A stretch of 64,000 nt of DNA from the human T2T-CHM13v2.0 reference genome, Homo sapiens: assembly GCF_009914755.1 (NCBI RefSeq), contig NC_060947.1; one strand, given 5' to 3'. Position 1 is the stretch's first letter. The number at the start of each line of letters is the position of its first letter. The translations under genes were made by a program, and so were the position numbers. Positions 30,610-44,768 of the stretch are shown here, piece after piece. A model generated the notes under the pieces. It was not told the origin of the DNA. It made no database searches and was given only the letters and a program-made list of their open reading frames with translations.

Positions 30610-32850
30610 TTTGGATTTTGGAGGCAACACTTTCCTCATCTGGGTGTGTTACTCTGGCCCATTTATCAAGTGACCCAAAAAGCTGCCAGATTTGAATGGG
30701 GTCCAGAACAGGAGAACACTCTGCAACAGGTCCAGGCTGCTGTGCAAGCTGCTCTGCCACGTGGGCCATATGACCCAGCATAACCAATGGTGCTTGAGGT
30801 GTCAGTGGCAGATAAATATGCTGTTTGGAGCCATTGGCAGGCCCCCACAGGTGAATCACAGTGGAGTCCTCTAGGATTTTGGAGCAAGGCCCTACTGTCT
30901 TCTGCAGATAACTACACTCCTTTTGAGACAACTCTTGGCCTGTTACTGGGCTTCAGTGGAAACTGAATGTTTGACTGTAGGCCATCAAGTAACCATGTGA
31001 CCTGAACTGCCTATCATGAACCAGGTGCTTTCTGACCCATCTAGCCATAAAGTGGGTCATGCACAGCAGCATTCCATCATCAAATTGAAGTGGTTTATAT
31101 GTGATCAGGCTCAAGCAGGTCCTGAAGGCACAAGTAAGTTACATGAGGAAGTAGCTCAAATGCCCATGGTCTCCACTTCTGCCACCCTGCCTTCTCTCCC
31201 CCAGCCTGCAGCAATGGCCTCATGAGGAGTTCCCTATGATCAGTTGACAGAAGAAGAAAAGACTAAGGCCTGTTTCACAGATGGTTCTGCACAATATGTA
31301 GGCACCACCCAAAAGTGGACAGCTGCAGCACTACAGCTCCTTGCTAGGACATCCCTGGAAAACAGAGGTAAAGGGAAATCTTCCCAGTGGACAGGGCTTT
31401 GAGCAGTACATCTGGTTATGCACTTTGCATGGAAGGGGAAATGGCCAAATGTGTGATTATATGCTGATTTATGGGCTGTATGCAATTGATTGGCTGGATG
31501 GTCAAGGAGTTGGAAGAAGCATGATTTGAAAATTGGCAACAAAGAAATTTGGGGAAGAGTTATGTGGACAGACCTCTCTGAGTGGTCAAAAACTGAAGAT
31601 ATTTGCATCCCATGTGAGTGCTCACCAACGGGTGACGTCAGCAGAGAAGGATTCTAATAATCATGTGGATAGGATGACCCATTCTGTAGACACCACTCAG
31701 CCTCTTTCGCCAGCCACCCCTGTCATCGCCTATGAACAAATGGCCCATGAACAAAGTGGCCATGTTAGCAGGGATGGAGGTTTCACATGGGCCTGAGATA
31801 TGTTGCTGACAACATGGACATCCACTCACCAAGGCAAACCTGGCTACTGCCACTGCTGAGTGGACAATTTGCCAGCACCACAGACCAACACTTGGCCGTT
31901 GATATGCCACAATTTCTTTGGTGATCAGCCAGCTACCTGGTGGCAGGCTGATTGTATTGGACCTTTTCCATCATGGAAAGGGCAGCGGTTTGTCCTCACT
32001 GGAATAGACACTTACTCTGGATATGGATTTGCCTATCCTGCATGCAATGCTTCTGCCAAGACTACCATCTGTGAACTCATGAAATGCCTTTTCCACTGTT
32101 GTGGTATTCCATTCAGCATTGTCTCTGACCAAGGCACTCACATTACAGCCAAAGAAGTGTGGGAGTGGGCACATGCTCATGGAATTCACTGGTCTTACCA
32201 TGTACCAAATCATCCTGAAGCAGCTGGATTGATAGAACGGTGGAATGGCTTTTGAAGTCACAATTACAATGCCAACTAGATGACAATACTTTGCAGGGCT
32301 GGGGAAAGTTCTCCAGAAGGCTGTGTATGTTCTGAATTACCATCTAATATATGGTACTGTTTCTCCCATAGTCAGGATTCATGGGTCCAAGAATCAAGGG
32401 GTGGAAGTGGAAGTGGCACCACTCAACATCACCCCTAGTAATCCACTAGCAATATTTTTGCTTCCTGTTTCTGCAACACTACATTCTGCTGGCCTAGAGG
32501 TCTTAGTTCTGAGGGAGGAACGCTGCCACCAAGAGACACAACAATGATTCCATTAAACTGGAAATTAAGATTGCCACCTGGACACTTTGGGCTCCTCCTA
32601 CCTCTAAGTCAATAAGCTAAGAAGGAAGTTACAGTGTTGGCTGTGCAGACTCACCCAGACTATCAAGATGAAATCAGTCTATTATATCACAATGGAGGTA
32701 GGGAAGAGTATGCATGGAATACAGAAGATCCCTTAGTATTATCTTAGTATTAGATCTCTTAGTATTATCATGCCCTGTGATTAAAGTTAATGGAAAACCA
32801 CAACAGCCCAATCCAGGCAGGACTATAAATGGTCCAGACTCTTCGAAAAT
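30606..32850 (+). pseudogene. HERV-L pol (RT end, RNase H, integrase) plus dUTPase, disrupted
   Basis: WQADCIGP..GIDTYSGYGFAYP..IVSDQGTH..AAGLIERWNG (DDE integrase); IPLNWKLRLPPGHFGLLLP (dUTPase); multiple stops and frameshifts. Confidence 0.9.
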
Positions 32851-33025
32851 GAAGGTTTGAGTCACTCCACCAGGAAAACAACCATGACCTGTTGAGGTGC
32901 TTGCTGAAAGCAAAGGGAATACAGTATGGGTAGTAGAAGAAGGTAGTAATCAATACCAGCTATGACCACGTGATCAGTTGCAGAAATGAAGACTGTAATT
33001 GTCATGAGTATTTCCCCTTTATTTT

Positions 33026-35230
33026 TTTAATTGAAATGCTATGTTATTTATGTTATTACAGTCTCTCTCTTTTTTCTTTTGTTTGTTATTTTTCTTTATT
33101 TCTTATAAAAAATATGGGATACATGTGCAGAACGTGCAGGTTTTTTAGATAGGTATATATGTGCTATGGTGATTTGCTGTATCTATTGACTCATCCTCTA
33201 ATTTCCCTCCCCTCATCCCTCAAACCCCTCAACAGGCCCTGGTGTTTGTTTTTCCCCTCTCTGTGTCCATGTGTTCTCAGTGTTCAACTCCCACTTATGA
33301 GTGAGAGCATGCAGTGTTTGGTTATCTGTTCCTCTGTTAGTTTGCTGAAAATATGGCTTCCAGCTTCATTCATGTCCCTGCAAAGGACATAATCTCATTC
33401 ATTTTTATGGTTGCATAGTATTCCATGGTGTATATGTACCACAGTTTTTTTATCCAGCCTGTCATTGATGGGCATTTGGATTGGTTCCATGTCTTTGCTA
33501 TTGTAAGTAGTGTTGCAATAAACATATGTGTGCATGTGTCTTTACAGTAGAATGATTTCTATTCCTTTGGGTATATATTCAGAAGTGGGAATGCTGGGTC
33601 AAATGGTATTTCTGGTTCTAAATCCTTGAGGAATCGCCATACTATCATCCACAATGGTTGAACTAATTTACGTTCCCACCAACAGGGTAAAAGCGTTCCT
33701 ATTTCTACACAGCCTCACCAGCATCTATTGTTTCCTGACCTTTTAGTAATTGCCATTCTGACTGGCATGGGATGATATCTGATTGAGCTTTTGATTTGCA
33801 TTTCTTTGATGATCAGTGATGTTGAGCTTTTTTCATATGTTTGTTGGCAGCATAAAAGTCTTCTTTTGAAAAGTGTCTGTTCATATCCTTTGACCACTTT
33901 TGGATGGGTTTTTTTTTGTAAATATGTTTAAGTTACTTGTAAATTCTGGATATTAGACCTTTGTCAGGTGAGCATATTGCAAAAATGTTGTCCCATTCTG
34001 TAGGTTGCCTGTTTACTCTGATGGTAGTTTCTTTTGCTGTGCAGAAGCTTTTTAGTTTAATTAGATACCATTTGTCAATTTTGGCTTTTGTTGCAATTGC
34101 TTTTGGTGATTTTGTCAAGAAGACTTTGCCCATGCCTATGTCCTGAATGGTATTGCCTATGTTGATGAAATATATCTCAAAATAATAAGAACTATTTATG
34201 AGAAACCGACAGCCAATATCATATTGAATGGGAAAAAGCTGGAAGCATTCCCTTTGAAAACTGGTACATGACAAAGATGTCCTCTCTCACCACTCCTATT
34301 CAACATAGTATTGGAAGTTCTGGCCAGGGAAATCAGGCAATAGAAAGAAATAAAGCATATTCAGATAGGAAGAGAGGAAGTTAAGTCATCTCTCTTTGCT
34401 GATGACATGATTTTATATTTAGAAAACCCCATCATCTTTGCCCCAAAATTTCTTGAACTTATAAGCAACTTGAACAAAGTCTCAGGATGCAAAATCAATG
34501 TGCAAAAGTCACAAGCATTCCTGTACACCAACAAGAGGCAAGCAGACAGCCAAATCACGAATGAACTCCCATTCACAATTGCTACAAAGAGAATAAAATA
34601 CCTAGGAATACAGCTATCAAGGGATGTGAAGGACTTCTTCTAGGAGAACTGCAAACCACTGCTCAAGGAAATAAGAGAGAACACAAACAAATGGAAAAAC
34701 ATTCCATGCTCATGGATAGGAAGAATCAATATCATGAAAATGGCCATACTGACCAAAGTAATTTATAGATTCAGTGCTATTCCCATCAAACTACCATTGA
34801 CATTCTTCACCGAATTAGAACTATTTTAACTTTCATATGGAATCAAAGAATACCTCATATAGCCAAGACAATCCTAAGCAAAAAGAACAAAGCTGGAGGC
34901 ATCAGGCTACCTGACTTCAAACTATACTACAGGGCTACAGTAACCAAAACAGCAAGGTACTTGTATCAAACCAGACATATAGACTAATGGAGCAGAGCAG
35001 AGACCTCAGGAACAACACCACACATCTACAACCATCTGATCTTTGACAAACCTGACAAAAACAAGCAATGGGGAAAGATCTCCTATGCAGTAAATGGTGC
35101 TGGGAAAACTGGCTAGCAATATGCAGAAAACAGAAACTGGACCCCTTCCTTACACCTTATACAAAAATTAACTCAAGACGGTCTAAAGACTTAAATGTAA
35201 AACCCAAAACCCTAAAAACCATAGAAGAAA
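33026..35230 (-). mobile_element. 5'-inverted L1PA8-like element inserted in HERV-L
   Basis: Antisense 3' part about 33070-34159, sense ORF2 part 34160-35230; degenerate TSD ATTTCC(CC/TA)TTTATTTT at 33010 and 35230. Confidence 0.88.
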
Positions 35231-35527
35231 TTTCCTATTTATTTTATTAGGAACATGTTTGTGCATGTATACAGTTATACTAAGAATATATCTTCATTTC
35301 ACTTTCTTTTTTCTTTGTGTGACAAAAGATTTATTCACTTCATATCATCATTTAAATGTAGTTAACTTTATGTAGTAGCATTTGGGTTGGAGATTGGTGC
35401 GTTTCCAGTTTTACGAAGGATGGTTGTATTATGTTAGGTGTAATTATGACCTTATTATTGTCTTCATTTGAAGATTATGTGTGTTCTGAGGAGATGTGTA
35501 TGGGTTCAAGTTGACAAGGGGTGGACT

Positions 35528-35981
35528 TATGATGGTTAATATTGAGTGTCAACTTGATTAGATTGAAGAATGCAAAGTACTGTTCCTGGGTGTGTCTGTA
35601 AGGGTGTTGCCAAAGGAAGTTAACATTTGAGTCAGTGGTGTGGGAAAGGCAGACCCACACTCAATCTGGGTGGACACGACCGAATCAGCTGTTAGCACAA
35701 CCAGAATAAAAGCAGGCAGAAGAACATGAAAAGACTATACTGACTTAGTCTCCCAGCCTACATCTTTCTCCCATGCTGAATGCTTCCCATCCTCAAACAT
35801 CAGAGTCCAACTTTTTCAGCCTTGGGTCTCGAACTAGCTTCCTTGGTTCTCAACTTGTAGATGGCCTCTTGTGGAACCTCACCTTATGATCGTGTGAGTC
35901 CATACTCCTTAATAAACTCCCCCTTACATATATCTCTCTATCCTATTAGTTCTGTCCTTCTAGAGAACTGTGACTAATACA
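35528..35981 (+). mobile_element. MLT2A1-type 3' LTR of HERV-L
   Basis: T(A)TGATGGTTAATATTGAG...AATAAA...GACTAATACA, 454 bp, directly after the polypurine tract. Confidence 0.92.
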
Positions 35982-36079
35982 AGGAATACAAAGAGGATCA
36001 GTGAGTTTGAGAATAGTGAGCAAAAGGTAGAATAGTGCAATATCAGACTGGAGAGTCAGGCCCAAAGCAACTCACTCTA

Positions 36080-36719
36080 TAATCACACTGATATGATCCT
36101 CCTCAAAAGTAACTACCATTATGACTTATTTCACTATAAGTTAAGTTTATCTGTTTCTGAACTTCATAATGATAGAATTATATAATTTGAGCACTTTTGT
36201 ATCTGGACATTTTTGTGAGATTTTTCACCTACAGCATTAATTTATTTGCTCTATATGAAGATTCTGTAATATATTTATCATTTCTACTGTTTTGGCAATT
36301 TGAATTGATTTTAGTTGTGGGCTATTAAAAATAGTGCTCCTACGAATATTCCTGCACATGCTTTTTGGTGCACATATGCATACATTTTTGTTGGTATGTG
36401 GCTAGGACTGGAATTGCTAGAAAAGAGAGTTCGCTTATGTCCAGCTTTAGTATTTCCATTCAAATATTTTTTTAAGTCGTTTTACCAATTATATTTCCAG
36501 AAAGAGTGTTTGAGATTCCAGGAATTCCACATCCTTGCCAATATTTAGCATCATTTGTCTTTTTTATGTTTTTATTTTAGCCATTCTAGTGGATATGTGG
36601 TTTCATTATTTTAATTTACATTTTCCTAACAAGTAATGAAGTGGAGCACTCCATCACATTTGGATACCTCTTTTGTGCAAAGTCCTTTTTCATGCAAGTC
36701 TTTTGCCTATTTGTCTTTA
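36080..36719 (-). mobile_element. L1ME-type 3' region (resumes at about 39330)
   Basis: Degenerate antisense L1 3' end (TTCCACATCCTTGCCAATATTT, TTTTAGCCATTCTAGTGG). Confidence 0.7.
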
Positions 36720-37134
36720 ACAGTGACTGGGACCATATGATAGATCAACAGGAGACAGGAGGGTTATTATAGAGTTGGATGTGAAAGTATGTATAACAGA
36801 ATGTGATGAGGAGGTAATGGATATGATGATGTTTATGAAGGTTTTCATAACTATGGTGGCTACAACAATTATGGCTATGGAAATAATGGCTTCGATGACA
36901 GAATGATAGAAGAGGTATGAGAGGACATGGCTATGGCAGAGCTAATGATGCAAGTTCAGGTTTTCATGGTGGTCATTTCTTTTGTATATTAGAGGGTTGC
37001 CTTTTTATGCAACTGAAAATAACATTGCTAATTTCTTCTCACCACTAAATCCAGTATGAATTCATATTGATATTGAAGCTAATGGCGGAGCAACAGAAGT
37101 AGATATAGAGTTTGCGACATATAAAGATGCGGTA

Positions 37135-37530
37135 ACATCATGCTAATTGAAATAAGCCAATCACAGAAGGACAAATACTGCTTGATTCCACTTACACAAG
37201 GTATCTCACCTAGTCAAACATAGAAACACAAAGTAGAATGGTGCTTTCCAGGAGCTAGTGAGAGGGGAAAATGGTGACTTGATGTTCAATAGACATAGAG
37301 TTCCAGTTATGAAAGATGAAAAAGTTCTAGAGACAACCTTATGCTTATAGATAACAACTCTGTACTGTACACTTAAAAATTTGCGAAGAGAGTTGATCTC
37401 ATAGTGTTTTTTCAATACAATAAAAAGTTAAATTGCCACTGGAAATATTTTTCTATATCAGTGCTCTTTCAACTGTGATCCACAAATTGTGCTAACAATA
37501 AACTCTTTGTTATGGAAAAAAAAGGAAAAA
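37135..37530 (+). mobile_element. L1MA-type 3' end plus extra tail, inserted in the HNRNPH3 pseudogene
   Basis: GAAATAAGCCAATCACAGAAGGACAAATACTG...GTACACTTAAAAATTTG...ACAATAAAA; TSD AAAGATGC(G/A)GTA at 37123 and 37531. Confidence 0.88.
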
Positions 37531-37924
37531 AAAGATGCAGTAGTTGCCGTGTCTAAACATGAAAAAAAAAAATGCAGCATTGATAAATTAAACTATTTTG
37601 AATTCTGCTCTGGAATGAGAGGTTCTGGAATGGGAGGCCACAGCAGAGATGGAATGAATAATCAAAGAGGTTATGGCTCTGTTGTAAAAATGAAAATGGG
37701 GAACAGTTACATGGAAAATATGGTGCTGCTGATGGCTTGGGTGTTTATGGCCATGGTGGTGGAGGCAGTGGAGGTTACTATAGGCAAGGCAGCATGAATG
37801 GAGGTAAATGGTGTGGAATGTACTGAAAGCATAACAACCAACATACAAGTCTTGACAACAGCATCTAGTCTACTAGACTTTCTTACAGATTTAATTTCTT
37901 TTGTATTTTAAGAACTTTATAATG

Positions 37925-38218
37925 AGCTTGGTGTAGTGGTTCACACCTGTAATCCTAGCTCTTTGGGAGGCTGAGGCCAGTAGATCACTTGAGTTTAAGA
38001 GTTTAAAACCGGCCTGGACAACATGGTAAAACCCTGTCTCTACCAAAAATAGGAAAATTAGCCTGGTGTGGTGGCGCATGCCTGTAGTTCCAGCTCCTCG
38101 GGGGGCTGAAGCAGAAGGATAGCTTGAACCCATGAGGCCGAGGTGGCAGTGAGCCAAGATGGCTCCACTGCATTCCAGCCTGGGTGACAAAGTGATACTC
38201 TGTCTCAGAAAAAAAAAA
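37925..38218 (+). mobile_element. AluJ in the pseudogene 3' UTR
   Basis: Full Alu with A tail; ACTTTATAATG duplicated on both sides. Confidence 0.92.
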
Positions 38219-39329
38219 GGACTTTATAATGGTTTAATGACTGAAGGAATGTGTTTTCAAAATATTATTTGGTAAAGCAACGGATTGCAATGGGAAAATC
38301 TGTTTTCTGTAGGTTTTATTTGTTGCATACTTTGAATTAAAAATAATTTTTATATTTAAACCACCGATGTTGAAATTTTTATATACTAGTTACTTCTAAA
38401 AATGTCTTGCTTTCATAAGATTTGGATTGATGTATTTTACTATTAGTTCTACAAGAAGTAATGTGCTATAATTTCAGAGGATAATGATTCGCCTCTGCAT
38501 AAACTGAAAGTCTTAAGCAGACATCTGGAACTGAGCTTGACAAATAATTAGTGCAACCTTTTTCTTTAATTTCTCCTGGAAAACACAGTAAGTATAAAGC
38601 TTAAAGATGAAGAGGCTTCAGGAGTATAAATTCAGCTAATTATTTCTATATTTGTTATTCTTTTTCAAAGGTCATTTATCAAGCACAGTTCTGAAATGTT
38701 GATAATCTAAGAGGTAACTTAGATACTGAATATTCATAATTGTGTTGACTAGGGATGGGAGTGCTGGAAGTTTGAATTCGAGCCCTATATTTTGGAGTAA
38801 AATCCCTTCAGCTGTTGGCCAAAATATGAAAAAATATTTCCAAAAAAGTGATAGTTGTGAGTTATTTCAAGAAGTCTTAGAATAGGGTTAAGATTCTTAG
38901 TGACACAAGAATTCAGTATAAGTACATGGGTATTCACTATGGAGTATAATTCTTACAAATGTCTTTGCAGTTTTCTGCTCAAAAGAACATACGGTTATTA
39001 AATAATTAAATAAATAAATGACTTTTTAAAAATGTAAACAAGAAGTTTATGTTATGGTCAATTAAAACAAACCTGCAGTTGGATTTTGCACCTGTTATCT
39101 GCTTAGAGTTTTAGTTAAAAATATTATAAGTAGCAAGAAAAATGTGCTTTTTAATTTTAATAACTTTGATCAATATTGATTTTTTCCAAATTGGCTAATG
39201 AATCAAAATGAAACTTGTCAATGTAAATTCAGTGATTAATCTTCTTACTTGCTTCTGCCAGAAATGTTAATGTGATAAATGTCAATGTGGGAGATAATAT
39301 AAATCAATCAATCAATAAATAGATTAATG

Positions 39330-40930
39330 GGAGGTCTTTATCCTCTGGATACATGTCCTCTGTCCTATATATGTGTGTGTGTGTGTGTGTTTATATAAAT
39401 ATATATAGTATATGTATATATGTGTTATATATATAAATATTATACCTTTCACATATGGAATTACTTTTTGTGTACAGTATGAATTAGGAATTTATCTACA
39501 TTGTTTTATTATAACTACTCAATAGATCAAACATTACTTATTGAAAAGACCATTATTTCCTCACTCTACTTCAGTGTTAATTTTTTCATGAGACAGATAA
39601 ATATATTTGTGGGTCCATTTCTTAACTTTCTATTTAATTCCATTGATCTATTTGTCTATTAATACACCAATGTCATACCGCTTTAACTATTATGGTGTTA
39701 AAACAGATTTTAATATCAGGTAATATAAGCTTTCCAGCATTGTTATTCATCTTCAAGAACACTTTGGCTACTTTCAGACACTGGTATCTCAATACAAATT
39801 TAGGAATTTGCTTATCAATTCCCACAAAACACCTACCGAGGTTTTTACAGAAATTTTATTGAATCTCTAAAATAATTTAGTGGTAAAGGATACCTTTCAA
39901 TATTGAGTCTTCTAATCTATGAGCATGATCTATTCAGTTATTTATTAAGGTCATATTTATTTTTTCTCAATAATACCTGATTGTTTTCACTGTAGAGATC
40001 TTACATATTTTTGTTACATTTATTTCTAATTATTTGAAGTTATTAAAGCTATTATAAAATACATATTTTTAAGTTGATTTTTTGTTGGATATGGAAATGC
40101 ATTGATATTTAATATTGATCTTTTATCAAGAGACATTTCTAAATTTATTTACTAAATCTAATATTATTGTTTGTTTGTAAATACTTTGCATTTTCTACAT
40201 AACAAGTCAGGCTGTCTACTAATAACAAAAGTTCTATTTCTTTTTTTGTTATCCTTATGCTATAAATTTATATTTCTTGCTTTATTGCACTGACTAAAAC
40301 TACAAATAAAAAGCTGACTAGAAGTGGTGGTAGCAGACATTCTGTTTCATTCCCAATCACACAAGGGACGCTTTCAATAATTTTCCATTGAGGAAGATGT
40401 TTTCCATAGATTTTCTAGACACATACTTTCAATCAGATTAAGAAAGTTCCCTTGTATTTCTCATTTGCTAAGAGTTTAAACCAATTGCTCTTTTCTGCAT
40501 CTATCAAAATTGCCATATGTGATTTCTCACTTTCTCCTTATTAGCGAAGTGGATTACACTGATTAATTTTAAAATGTTAAACTAGCTTTTCATTTCTATA
40601 TTAAATCATAATTTATTATACTTTATTATTCTTTTCGTATATCATCAGTGTTAATTTGTTAATGCTCTTTTCAAGATATCTGCATCTATGCTTGGGAGAA
40701 ATATTGATCTGTAATTTTCCTTTCTGGTGATGTCCCTATACAATTTTAATATTAAACTTCTGCTAGCCTCAAAAAAAGTTGCAATGTGGGTCTTTCTTTT
40801 CTATTCCTTGGATGAGTAGGTGGAATATTGAAGTTATTTCTTCCACATATTTGCAAGTGTTCATCAACAAAGCCATATGCCTCAGATTTCCTTTGGGGAC
40901 ATCTTTATAATGGAATAAACTTATTTAACA
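39330..40930 (-). mobile_element. L1ME-type ORF2 region with (TG)/(TA) simple repeat at about 39366-39443
   Basis: Degenerate antisense ORF2 (TATTGAGTCTTCTAATCTATGAGCATG, TTTTCTGCATCTATC). Confidence 0.75.
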
Positions 40931-40937
40931 AAGACAA

Positions 40938-41475
40938 GCAGCTCTTGCTTTGCATAATTCTTATAAGAATGAAATTCATTTTCCACAATTTACTTAAATA
41001 GCACACGTCTCCTAAAAACATGGTTTAGATTTCACTTACCATAGAGTATTAACTGAGTAACTGCATAAAGTCCAAATTTTACTGCTATTTTTTCCATCTA
41101 CAAATAACTACACAAATGGCATGCACAGCATAATAGGTGACCAACCTCATCAATTATTTCAAAGTCCATTGTAGATTGGTCAGAGCAGATGTAATTTGGT
41201 TCACACAGAAAAGGCAAAGCAAGTAGCTCTGTTCCTTCCTTATCTGACATGGGTAAATTCATGAGGCATTTTATGAAAACGGATCATTGAAATAGGAAAC
41301 TGACCAACATAGATGGAAGTTTATTAAATAAATGAAAAGTGATAAAGAATGCTGCAAGTGAAATTGGATGTGATTAAAATATTTGAAAATAGTAACAGTA
41401 AAGGAGATGAGGCCTAGGCCTGCATGAAGCCATAGTATGAACCATATTGAAAAAGTTTGATGAAAAAGAAACAGG
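40938..41475 (+). mobile_element. Tigger (TcMar/pogo) DNA transposon, left part
   Basis: Tigger-like leader and a psq-HTH-like frame QVKLDVIKIFEN..GLGLHEAIV*TILKK. Confidence 0.6.
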
Positions 41476-41983
41476 AGTAATAAGAAGAGAGAAGATTCAA
41501 ATAAACAAAATAAAAAATGACAAAGGGAATATTACCACTGACCCCACAGAAATACAACCATCAGAGAATATTATAAACACTTCTATGCACATAAACTAGA
41601 AAATCTAAAAGAAATTTGATAAATTCCTGGATACACACACACTCCCAAAATTGATCCAGTAAGAAATTGAATCTCTCAACAGACCAATAATGAGTCTGAA
41701 ATTGAGGCAGTAATACATAACCTAACAAGCAAAAGATTCCTGGATCAGATGGATTCACAGCTGAATTCTGTCAGAGGTACAAAGAGCTGGTACCACTTCT
41801 ACTGAAACTATTCCAAAAAATTGAAAAACCGGGACATCTTCCTAACTTATTATATGAGGCCAGCATTATCCTCATACCAAAACCTGCCAGTGATTCAGCA
41901 CAAAAATAAAACGTCAGGTCAATCTCTTTGAAGAATATCGATGAAAAAATTCTCAACAAAATACAGGCAATTCGTATCCAGCA

Positions 41984-44768
<2,785 letters not shown>

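Larger units (their letters stand above)
30606..35981 (+). mobile_element. 5'-deleted HERV-L provirus (pol end, dUTPase, 3' LTR), interrupted by an L1 at 33026-35230
   Basis: RT end LFGFWRQ, RNase H FTDGSA..VG, integrase ORF 31860-32255, dUTPase, no env, polypurine tract AAGGGGTGGACT, then an MLT2A LTR. Confidence 0.93.
36720..39320 (+). pseudogene. HNRNPH3P1: Processed pseudogene of HNRNPH3 (hnRNP H3/2H9), 5'-truncated, with long 3' UTR
   Basis: Intronless decayed frames match recalled HNRNPH3: [63 protein letters not shown]|VAVSK..GSGMGG..RDGM.NQ.GYGSV..GMY-stop (TGA 37824-37826). 3' UTR-like sequence runs to an A-rich end near 39300. The parent gene is secure; the P1 locus name is from recall. 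Confidence 0.9.

Noticed and set aside
37489-37848. Met/Gly-rich and His-rich ORFs
   Set aside because: Frameshifted and antisense readings of the Gly-rich HNRNPH3 C-terminus
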